A stretch of 64,000 nt of DNA from Anaerolineales bacterium (GCA_042408355.1 JBHORD010000165.1:5501-69500); one strand, 5' to 3'. Counted from the stretch's first letter, positions 1 through 8,468 are shown. The notes: generated by a model not told the origin, from the letters alone. Program-made: numbers and translations.

Positions 1-19
1 GCCTTCGCGGTTCAAAAAA

Positions 20-250
20 CTATTCTTCCATGTTCGGCGCCAGGCGCTTCACGTTCTTGACAATGCTTCGGCCTTTGACGACCTGCATTTCAGTGAATTG
101 CGCTTTTGTACGTTTCGATCTGTTTCGGCGCAAATGGCTCTTGCCGCCTTTGGTGCGGACAAGTTTGCCTGCGCCCGTCAGACGAAAACGTTTTGACGTT
201 GCTTTGTGCGTCTTGAGTTTGAATTTGCCGGATTTGGCTTTGCGAGGCAC
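20..250 (-). CDS. rpmI: 50S ribosomal protein L35 (bL35)
   Basis: 76-aa very basic ORF (MPRKAKSGKFKLKTHKATSKRFRLTGAGKLVRTKGGKSHLRR...). GTG start preceded by AAGGAG. Lies directly downstream of infC, as in the conserved infC-rpmI operon. Confidence 0.9.
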   Translation of the reverse strand: MPRKAKSGKFKLKTHKATSKRFRLTGAGKLVRTKGGKSHLRRNRSKRTKAQFTEMQVVKGRSIVKNVKRLAPNMEE

Positions 251-357
251 TGTGACTTACTCCTTTACGATTGTGGATTTCAAATTGTAGATTGTTGATT
301 TTGACGAACGATTCGAAGATCGGCCCCGTCAATCTAGATCACAATCATCAATCTTCT

Positions 358-933
358 TTATTCTTTCGCTTCATCCCGGACTTCAGCCGGATTCTCAGCC
401 TTTTCCTTTTTCTTCACCGACGGCTTCCCCGGCGCCAGCACCACCAGCATGGTCCTGCCTTCCATCATGGGAGCCTGCTCGATTGTGCTGATATCCGAAA
501 GCGACTGTGCGATCTCTTTCAAATCCTCGAGGGCGATTTCGGGATAATCCATCTCGCGGCCGCGGAACTTGATCGTGACCCGGACTTTGTGTCCCTGGCT
601 CAACCAGCGCCGCGCATCGTCCACTTTGAAACCGCGATGCGCTTCGTTGGTCTTGGGGCGCAGGCGGATTTCCTTGACTTCGATCTTGGTCTGCGCCTTG
701 CGCGCCTCGCGTTCCTTTTTCGTTCGCTCGTAAATGAACTTTCCAAAATCCGTGATACGGCAGACGGGCGGTGTGGCAGTCGGTGAGACTTCCACCAAAT
801 CGAGTTCGGCGTCGCGCGCCATCTGCAAAGCTTGCCTGATCGGAACCACTCCGATATTTTCACCGTTGGGTCCGATCACCCGGACTTCGGGAACTCGAAT
901 GCCCTCATTGACTCGAAATTCGTTAGCGCTGAT
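358..933 (-). CDS. infC: Translation initiation factor IF-3, probable ATC start
   Basis: The ORF track starts at GTG 879, which truncates the conserved N-terminus. Reading upstream in frame gives ISANEFRVNEGIRVPEVRVIGPNGE, with no ATG/GTG/TTG. ATC at 933..931 sits 6 nt after a perfect AAGGAG (945..940). Confidence 0.85.
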   Translation of the reverse strand: MSANEFRVNEGIRVPEVRVIGPNGENIGVVPIRQALQMARDAELDLVEVSPTATPPVCRITDFGKFIYERTKKEREARKAQTKIEVKEIRLRPKTNEAHRGFKVDDARRWLSQGHKVRVTIKFRGREMDYPEIALEDLKEIAQSLSDISTIEQAPMMEGRTMLVVLAPGKPSVKKKEKAENPAEVRDEAKE

Positions 934-988
934 ATTCTTCTCCTTATCAAGACAGAAACCCAGCCCGAGGCTGGTTTTTAGCGGGCTG

Positions 989-1018
989 ATGATACCATGA
1001 AGGCGCGGGAATCGTCAA
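989..1018 (-). promoter_or_regulatory. Candidate sigma-70 promoter for infC (TTGACG-18-TATCAT)
   Basis: -35 TTGACG (1018..1013) and -10 TATCAT (994..989) on the minus strand. Located between a long hairpin after thrS and the infC SD. Confidence 0.35.
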
Positions 1019-1081
1019 CGAAATGACCGTAGACCGCGGACAATGGACAGTTGCCCTCCGGTCTACGGTCTGGCGTCTATT

Positions 1082-2899
1082 TCAAAGCTCTGCCGACCTG
1101 TTTGCGATTCTGTCTTTTACCCTTGCAACAAATTCGCTCAACGCAATGTTGTTTTGCTGTGAGCCGTCGCGCACGCGCAGCGAAACTTGATTCGCTTTCA
1201 TCTCGTTTTCGCCGACAACCAACATGTATGGCACTTTCATCAATTGCGCCTGACGAATTTTGGCGTTCATGCGCTGGGCGCTGATATCGGCGCTGACGCG
1301 GATGCCTTGATCGCGCAGCTGCCGGACGATGTTCAGAGCGTAGTCGTTCTGCGAATCCGTGATCGGAATGACGCGCACGTGTTCGGGCGAGAGCCACACG
1401 GGGAAATTGCCTGCGTAATGTTCGATCAGGAAACCGATCATGCGCTCATGCGTCGAGAGCGGCGCGCGGTGAATGCACAGCGGAACTTCCTCATTGCCTT
1501 CCTTGTTCGTAAAATGCAGGTCGAAGCGCTCAGGCACGGCAAAGTCCACTTGATTCGTCGCCAGCGAGAATTCGCGGCCGATGACGCTCCAGATCTGAAC
1601 GTCAATCTTTGGGCCGTAGAAGGCGGCTTCATCTTCCGCTTCAACGTAAGGCACATTGCCGTTCTTCATGGCATTGCGGACCATCTCTTCCGTCTTGAGC
1701 CACAGGCGTTCGTTGTCCACATATTTCTTGCCAAGTCCGGCTTTGCTATGCAGACTTAATCGCATTATATATTTTTCGATCCCGAACAGCTTGAAGTATT
1801 TCAAATAGAGATCAATCACCGCTAGAAATTCCTCTTCGAATTGATCCTCCGAAACATAGATGTGTGCGTCGTTCATCTGTAGCGAGCGGACGCGCATCAG
1901 GCCGAAGAGTTCGCCCGATTTCTCATAACGGTAGCACGTGCCGTATTCCGCGAGACGAATCGGCAAGTCGCGGTACGAGCGGCCCTTCGACGCGAAAATC
2001 TTGTGGTGCATCGGACAGTTCATCGGCTTGACGTAATACTTCACGCCTTCGAGTTCCATCGGCGGATACATCGACTCGGCATAATACGGCAAATGTCCTG
2101 AACGAATGAACAAATCTTCTTTTGTCAGGTTCGGCGTGCGAACACGCAGATAGCCGGCTTTCTCTTCCATCTCTTTCGCGAGCTTCTCAAGTTCCTCGAT
2201 CATCACGCCGCCGTTCGGCAGCCAGAGCGGAAGACCCGGGCCGACCTCCTCATCGAATGTGAAGATTTCCAACTCCTTGCCCAGCTTGCGATGATCGCGC
2301 TTCTTGGCTTCTTCGAGCTGCCAGAGATAATTATCGAGGTCCTTCTTGCTTTCCCAAGCCGTACCGTAAATGCGCTGAAGCATTTTGTTATGCTCGTCGC
2401 CGCGCCAATACGCGCCGGCTACGCTCATCAACTTGAACGCGTCCGGCTTGATTTCTTTCGTATTCTGAACGTGCGGCCCGCGGCACAAATCAACAAAGGT
2501 ATCATGTTGATAAATCGAAATCTCCGGCTTTTCCTTCAATGGATTGCCGTACTCGTCGAAGCCGCCTTTTTCAAGGCCATCAATCAACTCAAGTTTATAC
2601 GGCTGGTCCTTGAAGATTTTGCGCGCTTCCTCTGCCGAGACGACTTTCTTCTGGAACTCGAATTTGCCCGCGATGATCTGACGCATCCGCTTTTCGATCT
2701 GCTCCAGATCTTCGGGCGTGAGATTGCGCGGCAAATCGAAATCGTAATAAAAGCCGTTCTCGATCGGCGGCCCAATCGTGATTTTTCCGTCCGGGAACAT
2801 CTCGAGCACGGCCTGCGCCATGATGTGCGCGGCTGAATGTCGGATTCGATAAAGGTGCGAGTCCTCGTAACGTTCTTGCTTTTCCTGTTGTTGCGGCAT
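1082..2899 (-). CDS. thrS: Threonyl-tRNA synthetase (lacks N-terminal TGS domain)
   Basis: 605 aa. Editing-domain HxxxH (RHSAAHIMAQAV) about 20 aa from the start. Class II core motifs (CRGPH, MNCPMHH, QMNDAHIY) and a C-terminal anticodon-binding domain. SD AAGGAAG upstream. Confidence 0.95.
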   Translation of the reverse strand: MPQQQEKQERYEDSHLYRIRHSAAHIMAQAVLEMFPDGKITIGPPIENGFYYDFDLPRNLTPEDLEQIEKRMRQIIAGKFEFQKKVVSAEEARKIFKDQPYKLELIDGLEKGGFDEYGNPLKEKPEISIYQHDTFVDLCRGPHVQNTKEIKPDAFKLMSVAGAYWRGDEHNKMLQRIYGTAWESKKDLDNYLWQLEEAKKRDHRKLGKELEIFTFDEEVGPGLPLWLPNGGVMIEELEKLAKEMEEKAGYLRVRTPNLTKEDLFIRSGHLPYYAESMYPPMELEGVKYYVKPMNCPMHHKIFASKGRSYRDLPIRLAEYGTCYRYEKSGELFGLMRVRSLQMNDAHIYVSEDQFEEEFLAVIDLYLKYFKLFGIEKYIMRLSLHSKAGLGKKYVDNERLWLKTEEMVRNAMKNGNVPYVEAEDEAAFYGPKIDVQIWSVIGREFSLATNQVDFAVPERFDLHFTNKEGNEEVPLCIHRAPLSTHERMIGFLIEHYAGNFPVWLSPEHVRVIPITDSQNDYALNIVRQLRDQGIRVSADISAQRMNAKIRQAQLMKVPYMLVVGENEMKANQVSLRVRDGSQQNNIALSEFVARVKDRIANRSAEL

Positions 2900-2919
2900 T
2901 TTCGCTTCCTTTCTTGTTT

Positions 2920-3018
2920 TTAGTTTACTGCCGTTTCGACGGTTTTACGCGCCCCGGAGCGCAACGGTGCCAGGCCTCCGGGTCCCTGTGGCGTGGGAAT
3001 GATTCCATCTTCAGTCAT
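2920..3018 (-). CDS. Candidate 32-codon leader ORF upstream of thrS (MTEDGIIPTPQGPGGLAPLRSGARKTVETAVN)
   Basis: ATG 3018..3016 sits 5 nt after GGAGG (3028..3024). Stop TAA at 2922..2920, 20 nt before the thrS start. No recognisable family. Confidence 0.2.
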   Translation of the reverse strand: MTEDGIIPTPQGPGGLAPLRSGARKTVETAVN

Positions 3019-3044
3019 AGCGACCTCCGTATAAACAACTCTTC

Positions 3045-3122
3045 CTACGCAGTAGCGCGAGTTCTATCTCGTATTTTCAGACGACATGAATGTCGCGCTG
3101 CGGGGAAACTGCGTAACATCAG
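3045..3122 (-). repeat. Copy A of the ~79-nt TGATGTTACGCAG... repeat (mini-ORF MLRSFPAARHSCRLKIRDRTRATA)
   Basis: Aligns without gaps to the copies at 21218.. and 61947.. (13 mismatches over 75 nt to each, hand count). Lies between the T-box terminator and thrS. Confidence 0.8.
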
Positions 3123-3305
3123 TAAATAAAAATTCTCGCCCGATTACGGGGCGAGAATTTACTTCACGCGGTTCCACCCGATTTGAATTAGTTCGATAGT
3201 TTCCCGGTTTTGCAGTTCGATAGTCCGCGCGGCTGTCAAACCATCCAACTGCCCAGCGAAGGAACTGCCGGACTAGTCCATCTCTTGAGCCGATAACGGA
3301 GCCGA
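3121..3305 (-). promoter_or_regulatory. T-box leader (tRNA-sensing riboswitch) with intrinsic terminator, upstream of thrS
   Basis: Minus strand reads AAATCGGGTGGAACCGCG (3184..3167), matching the T-box consensus AAUUGGGUGGUACCGCG. It is followed directly by the terminator AAATTCTCGCCC-loop-GGGCGAGAATTT plus a T-run (3160..3121). AGAGA bulge motif upstream; ACU-A candidate Thr specifiers. Confidence 0.8.
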
Positions 3306-3532
3306 CCGTTTTCCATACTAACTGATCGCTGCTTATTGAACACCGATCACTGTTCTGTTCAACGCTCGCGGGTGGTTTTCAGCGGTTGCTTCTGGAACAA
3401 GCTCTCAATCTTTGGCTTGCTTTCCCTGTCAGAAACAGCGGGTGTAAATGCCATCGAGCCGCCTACTCGTCCCGGTCATTGCGTTTCTTGGATTTGCGAC
3501 ATTATACGCGTTTCAAAGTCGGTCGGCAAGGT

Positions 3533-3901
3533 CTACGACAGCAAATCGCGTTGTCGGTAAACCAACGCCGCGGCAGCCGCGCCCAGAAAACCTGCGGCTC
3601 CAAGCTGGTTCATTGCACTGCCGGTACCGGGCAAGCCTCCTCCAACAAACATCAACACGGATGCGACGGCAAACAGCCAAAAGCCCCAACGTTTCCTCTG
3701 GAGCGTAAAGATCATTCCGACGAGAAAACTGACCACGAGTAATATGGCGATGGTTAAGCTGATGATTGTCATCGGCGTGATCTCGCTTCCCTGAGCGAAT
3801 ATGAATGTGAATCCTGACCATAGCGCCAATAGCAGTACAATCACCGCTCCGGCCATTAGGACGACAATTAGAGTTGAAAATCTTCCTTGCTCTGTATTCA
3901 A
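3533..3901 (-). CDS. Small integral membrane protein (4 predicted TM helices), unknown function
   Basis: 122-aa hydrophobic ORF with four helix-length segments. No recognisable motif. Confidence 0.55.
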   Translation of the reverse strand: MNTEQGRFSTLIVVLMAGAVIVLLLALWSGFTFIFAQGSEITPMTIISLTIAILLVVSFLVGMIFTLQRKRWGFWLFAVASVLMFVGGGLPGTGSAMNQLGAAGFLGAAAAALVYRQRDLLS

Positions 3902-3974
3902 GCCGGTCTCTCCCGAAGTCTATTCTTGTGCTTTTAGGATAGCAAAAATATTTGTTCCTGCCAAATTCATTCGA

Positions 3975-4014
3975 ACTTAAAAGATAATCGGGAAGGCAAT
4001 CCTTCCCGATTATC
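3975..4014 (-). terminator. Intrinsic terminator after the 4031..4621 gene
   Basis: Perfect 14-bp stem GATAATCGGGAAGG/CCTTCCCGATTATC (3983..4014), followed on the minus strand by TTTTAA. Confidence 0.6.
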
Positions 4015-4030
4015 AAATCTATTGGTTGTA

Positions 4031-4621
4031 TTATTTCGCGGCGGGAGTAGCCATTGTTGCAGGGACCCACTTGGCGAAGCTGGCCATATGTCCCCAGAGC
4101 GCGGCGTAGAACGTGACAGCCCAAATCCCTGCGGTCACTACCAAGACAGCAATTGCAATCCAGCGAACGGTCTTGTTATCTCTAAACCACTGGAGGAAGG
4201 GGAAGGCGCAGACGCCGCCAAGCCCGGCCAAAACAAAGCCAATAGCAGCAACAAGGGGTTCCTGTCCTAACTTCAAGGAATAGAGGCGAAGACCGACGAT
4301 AATCGCATCCACGCCGGCGAAAAAGGAGTAGATGGAAACCGGAATCAGATTCCAGCCTTGCCACAGCGCAATAGCGGTGCCAAGGAACACAACACCGAAC
4401 AAAGTTGTGGCATCGCCATAGCCTACGTTAAAACTCCCCGGGAGTGGCCAGGTAAAGGACAGCTGAAAACCCGTAACCAGGCTTACCAATCCGGTTACGA
4501 AAAATGCAGCAGCGTAAGGGCGCTGATCCTTCTCATCAATGCCTTTCCAGAGATAATAGGCCAGCAAAACACTGCCTGCAACCAGATTAATCATGACGAG
4601 AGTGAGGTAATCAATGAACAT
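4031..4621 (-). CDS. Polytopic membrane protein (possibly DUF981-like)
   Basis: 196 aa with about 6 TM segments. The family name is from memory of similar proteins, not verified. Confidence 0.6.
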   Translation of the reverse strand: MFIDYLTLVMINLVAGSVLLAYYLWKGIDEKDQRPYAAAFFVTGLVSLVTGFQLSFTWPLPGSFNVGYGDATTLFGVVFLGTAIALWQGWNLIPVSIYSFFAGVDAIIVGLRLYSLKLGQEPLVAAIGFVLAGLGGVCAFPFLQWFRDNKTVRWIAIAVLVVTAGIWAVTFYAALWGHMASFAKWVPATMATPAAK

Positions 4622-4740
4622 ATTATGATGCTCCTTTTTGGAATATGGTGAACAGCTTTGTGCTATTCATTACAATTAGGATAACACTACTCTTGGTACA
4701 AAGTTATTCCCCTTTGTCACAATTCCCATAGGAGTTTAAT

Positions 4741-4768
4741 AACAAAAAGGCCCCAAATTGGGACCTTT
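4741..4768 (-). terminator. Intrinsic terminator downstream of tRNA-Val
   Basis: Minus strand AAAGGUCCC-AAUUU-GGGGCCUUU followed by UUGUU. Confidence 0.55.
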
Positions 4769-4773
4769 GCGTG

Positions 4774-4847
4774 TGGGCGGAATAGGGCTCGAACCTACGA
4801 CCTCTGCTATGTCAAAGCAGTGCTCTAACCAGCTGAGCTATCCGCCC
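4774..4847 (-). tRNA. tRNA-Val (anticodon GAC)
   Basis: GGGCGGATAGCTCAGCTGGTTAGAGCACTGCTTTGACATAGCAGAGGTCGTAGGTTCGAGCCCTATTCCGCCCA folds as a cloverleaf. Anticodon loop TTGACAT. CCA is not encoded. Confidence 0.95.
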
Positions 4848-5098
4848 GAGGACGCACATTATAACGAGGGCGCTTGGTTTTGACAATGGAAAATCGCCGT
4901 TCGAGCATGGCTTTACCAAATCAGCGCCGGACAAGAACCTTACCGCGAAGCCCGCTTTGGCCGCAAAAGAATCCCAAAAACCTGGCTCACTTTGCGGTCA
5001 TGGCGTTAATGGCCAAATTCAAAAATGCAAACGCAGCTCTGGCAGGGACATGGGCTGTTCGAGAAATTCGCTCTACGAACCGGGCGACCGATGTCCGT

Positions 5099-6199
5099 TC
5101 ATCTCATTTTACATACAATCAGCGTAATGTCGTCTCCCAACGACTGTCCATTGACGAAATCATTCAACGCCTCGAGAATTTTAGAGATCAGGTTTTCAGC
5201 GGGTTGCGCTTCGTTTTGCTGGATTATCTCCGCCAATCGTTCCTGACCGTATTGTTGACGCTGTGGATTGAAGGCCTCTGTTATACCATCGGTGTAGAAC
5301 AAAAGAATATCGCCGCTTTCAAGTGAAACGCTCTTCGGTTGAACGCTAAATTTTTCCATCAGACCAATGGCCGCTCCGGTTGGTGGAAGCCATTCGCTTT
5401 TCCGGCTGTTGCGATGATACAGAAATGCCGGATTATGACCGGCATTGGCATATGTAAGAACTTTTGTGAGCGGATCAATTTTGCCAAAGAGAACGGTTAC
5501 GAAAGTTGTAAAGTTGATGTTGTGAATATAAAGGCGATTGATCCTCTCCAGCACCTTGACCGGCGAATCGCTTTCAGGCACGAGCGTATGAAAAGCTGTT
5601 TGGAGGCTGGACATGAGCATGCCAGCCGACATGCCTTTTCCGCTCACATCGCCGATCACAACGCCGTGTGCGCCGTCGTTAAACTGCAGAAAATCAAAAT
5701 AGTCGCCGCTGACGATTTGAGCTGGCCGGCTGAACGCCGCAATGTCCATTCCCTCAATGGATGGAATCTGTTGGGGCAGGAGTGCGCGCTGGACAATCTG
5801 CGAAAGCTCCAGTTCGTTTTCAAGATCGCGGCGCTCTTGGGCCGAATAATGGTCGAGGCAGATACAAGCGGTGTAATCCATTTGAAGCAGATTATCGTCC
5901 ACAATTCCGTGACAAATTGTGCAGATGCCCAACGTTCCTTCTCCAATCTTTTCCAATGACTCATCAATAATAACGTTTAAATGTGTTTGAAGAACATTTT
6001 CGCCTTGCGGACCGAGAAGAATGCCCTTCTTTTCGGATGGAGCCGCTTTCAGCCAACGTTCGAGTTCCGCGTGCTTTTCATCCAGCCCCTTTCGGATCGC
6101 GTGCATAAGACCATGGTTCATTTTTTCTCCGTTCCAGACAGCCGAGAAGGATAAGAACGAATGTTCTAATATTCTATCAGGGATTTGCTGAAAAAGCAA
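5099..6199 (-). CDS. PP2C/SpoIIE-family serine phosphatase with N-terminal DksA/TraR-type zinc-finger region
   Basis: PP2C motifs SGDYFDF, GDVSGKGMSAG, NAGHNP, TDGITEA. N-terminal segment EKIGEGTLGICTICHGIVDDNLLQMDYTACICLDH resembles the DksA/TraR C4 finger. The likely true start is the internal MNHGLMH ATG near 6120, preceded by GGAG; the TTG at 6199 is doubtful. Confidence 0.85.
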   Translation of the reverse strand: MLFQQIPDRILEHSFLSFSAVWNGEKMNHGLMHAIRKGLDEKHAELERWLKAAPSEKKGILLGPQGENVLQTHLNVIIDESLEKIGEGTLGICTICHGIVDDNLLQMDYTACICLDHYSAQERRDLENELELSQIVQRALLPQQIPSIEGMDIAAFSRPAQIVSGDYFDFLQFNDGAHGVVIGDVSGKGMSAGMLMSSLQTAFHTLVPESDSPVKVLERINRLYIHNINFTTFVTVLFGKIDPLTKVLTYANAGHNPAFLYHRNSRKSEWLPPTGAAIGLMEKFSVQPKSVSLESGDILLFYTDGITEAFNPQRQQYGQERLAEIIQQNEAQPAENLISKILEALNDFVNGQSLGDDITLIVCKMR

Positions 6200-6218
6200 A
6201 TCAAAGCGATTAGAAAAT

Positions 6219-6476
6219 TTGTGCTATACTTTGCCTATGCCGTCTGTGATTCGTGCGTCTGAAATCGGATCCTACCTTTACTGCCGCCGCGCCTGGTGGT
6301 ATCGCAAACAAGGGATGGAGTCGGAGAATCAAGTTGAACTTGCGGCTGGAACTGAACTGCACCGCCGGCACGGACGCAAAGTTCTTGTTGCGAGTCTGCT
6401 TCGGACGCTGGGCATGCTTCTGCTTTTGGCGGCTTTGACTCTGCTCGTAGTTTATCTTACTCTTCGCTTCATCTGA
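6219..6476 (+). CDS. Cas4/DUF83-like nuclease, N-terminal fragment (first Fe-S Cys) with C-terminal TM helix
   Basis: SEIGSYLYCRRAWWY...GTELH resembles the Cas4/RecB-family N-terminal Cys helix, followed by a hydrophobic helix LLLLAALTLLVVYL. The probable start is ATG 6237, 6 nt after an extended -10 TGCTATACT (6222..6230), so the mRNA may be leaderless. Confidence 0.55.
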   Translation: MCYTLPMPSVIRASEIGSYLYCRRAWWYRKQGMESENQVELAAGTELHRRHGRKVLVASLLRTLGMLLLLAALTLLVVYLTLRFI

Positions 6477-6486
6477 CAGCGTCTTA

Positions 6487-7005
6487 TTGACAATGCTTTA
6501 CCTCGCGCTCTTTCTTATTATCCTTGCCATCCTCTTTTTCTGGCAATCCAATCGCCAGCGGCGTCAGGCCGGCCTGCCCGGTGGACGTATCATTTACACG
6601 GACACGCGCACCTGGGGCGAGGTCGAGAAACCGTTGTTTTATTCCGAAATGGGATTGACAGGCAAGCCCGATTATCTCGTGGAGCAGAACGGAAAGATCA
6701 TTCCAGTCGAGGTCAAATCGGGGCGCACGCCCGAAGTCCCGTATGATTCGCACATCTTCCAGGTCGCGGCGTATTGCCTGTTGGTTGAAAAAACTTTCGG
6801 CAAGCGTCCGCCTTATGGAATCATCCATTATTCAAACCGCGATTTCGCCGTGGATTACACGCCCGAACTCGAATCGGCGCTGCTTGATCAATTGGCAGAG
6901 ATGAAGCGCGACGAATATCGTACACAGGTCGCGCGCTCGCACGAGGACGCGGCGCGCTGTCGGAGGTGCGGCTTTAGAAAAGTCTGTGATCAAAAACTGG
7001 TTTGA
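6487..7005 (+). CDS. Cas4/DUF83-like PD-(D/E)xK nuclease core with N-terminal TM helix
   Basis: TM helix MLYLALFLIILAILFFW, then GKPDYLV (D), PVEVKSG (ExK), QVAAYCLL (QxxxY) and C-terminal CRRCGFRKVC (Cx2Cx5C), the canonical Cas4 motif order. The start could be ATG 6493. Confidence 0.75.
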   Translation: MTMLYLALFLIILAILFFWQSNRQRRQAGLPGGRIIYTDTRTWGEVEKPLFYSEMGLTGKPDYLVEQNGKIIPVEVKSGRTPEVPYDSHIFQVAAYCLLVEKTFGKRPPYGIIHYSNRDFAVDYTPELESALLDQLAEMKRDEYRTQVARSHEDAARCRRCGFRKVCDQKLV

Positions 7006-7033
7006 TGATTGGGGAGTTGTATAATATTTCCAT

Positions 7034-7885
7034 ATGCCGGACTCATTCGTTCCAAAGCATCCTGTGGTGGTTTCGTATCCTAAAATACCAGACGCATTTG
7101 CAGAAGCCAATCTGATTGTAGAGTTTCTGAAAGAAAAAGGCTTCGATGCGCCAATTGGTTCACTTTACGATGAAGACTTGCGTGTCCGCCTCAAGCGGGG
7201 CGAATTCGATATATTGATCGCAGTCGGCGGCGACGGGACGATGCTGCGGGCCGGGCATTTGTGCGCGCCCATCGGCGTGCCCATTTTGGGCATCAACCTT
7301 GGACGCCTCGGTTTTTTGATTCAGATCGAACGCGGCGAGTGGCGCGAAATGCTGGAGCGCCTCCTGAAAGGCGAGGCATGGATCGAACCGCGCATGATGA
7401 TTTATGCCGAACACGTGAGGGCCGGTGAAGTTCTTGGCCGCTGGCACGCGCTCAATGAAGCCGTTGTCAGCCGCGGCATGAATCTGCGCCCGGTGCGATT
7501 GGCCGCCAGCGTGGATGGACGTTTGCTCACCACCTATGTTTGCGACGGCTTAATCGCTTCCACGCCCACCGGTTCGACCGCGTATGCGTTGGCGGCGGGC
7601 GGGCCCATCCTGCCTCCCGATTTGCGAAACATTCTCCTCGTTCCCATCGCGCCGCACATGTCGGTGGACCGCGCCGTCGTGCTTGCAGAAGGATCATCGG
7701 TGAGCATCGTTGTCAAAAGCGATAACACTGTTGTCAGCGTGGACGGACAGCCGCCTCTGCCGCTTTCCGAAGACGATCGCGTGGATGTGCGCGCCGCCGA
7801 ATACGCCGCACAATTCGTCCGCTTTGGCGACCCCGGTTATTTCTATCGAAATTTAAATGCGCACATGAATCAACCTCATATTTAG
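7034..7885 (+). CDS. nadK: NAD kinase
   Basis: GGDGTMLRA motif, 283 aa, upstream of recN as in many genomes. Confidence 0.9.
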   Translation: MPDSFVPKHPVVVSYPKIPDAFAEANLIVEFLKEKGFDAPIGSLYDEDLRVRLKRGEFDILIAVGGDGTMLRAGHLCAPIGVPILGINLGRLGFLIQIERGEWREMLERLLKGEAWIEPRMMIYAEHVRAGEVLGRWHALNEAVVSRGMNLRPVRLAASVDGRLLTTYVCDGLIASTPTGSTAYALAAGGPILPPDLRNILLVPIAPHMSVDRAVVLAEGSSVSIVVKSDNTVVSVDGQPPLPLSEDDRVDVRAAEYAAQFVRFGDPGYFYRNLNAHMNQPHI

Positions 7886-7895
7886 GATTCCATTT

Positions 7896-8459
7896 ATGAC
7901 CGAAAACGACCCGACGACTTTGTATTGTTATGTGCATCCCAGCCGCCCCACGACACTGCGCTGCAACCGCTGTGAACGTCCGATTTGCACTGAATGTGCG
8001 ATTCTCACACCCACCGGTTATCGCTGTAAGGAATGTGTGCGCGCTCAACAGAAAGTATTTGACACTGCCCAGTGGTATGACTACATCACCGCATTTGTGG
8101 TCGCCGCGATTGCTTCGGGAATCACCAGCGTGCTCGTGCTCCTCGCCAGCGGAATCTTTTTTGGCATTCTGATCCTGTTCCTGGCCCCCGGCGCGGGCGC
8201 GGTGATTGGCAACATCATCCTGCGTTTCATCCGGAATCGAAGGTCGCGCGCGCTGTTCACGACCGCCGCCGTCGGTATGGTGGTGGGCGGCCTTCCGGCA
8301 ATATTGATGTTTTCCCTGCCTGCGTTGCTGGCGGTTTTATCCGGCAGTTTCAGCGCGGGCTTCGGAGCGTTGTTGCCTGCCATCTGGCAGATCGTTTATC
8401 TTTTCCTCGCCGTGCCAGCCGCTTATACACAGATTTCCGGAATCCGCATCGGCGGATGA
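7896..8459 (+). CDS. B-box-type zinc-ribbon membrane protein, unknown function
   Basis: N-terminus CYVHPSRPTTLRCNRCERPICTECA...YRCKEC (two CxxC pairs), followed by about 4 TM helices. Confidence 0.65.
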   Translation: MTENDPTTLYCYVHPSRPTTLRCNRCERPICTECAILTPTGYRCKECVRAQQKVFDTAQWYDYITAFVVAAIASGITSVLVLLASGIFFGILILFLAPGAGAVIGNIILRFIRNRRSRALFTTAAVGMVVGGLPAILMFSLPALLAVLSGSFSAGFGALLPAIWQIVYLFLAVPAAYTQISGIRIGG

Positions 8460-8468
8460 CAGGCCTCT

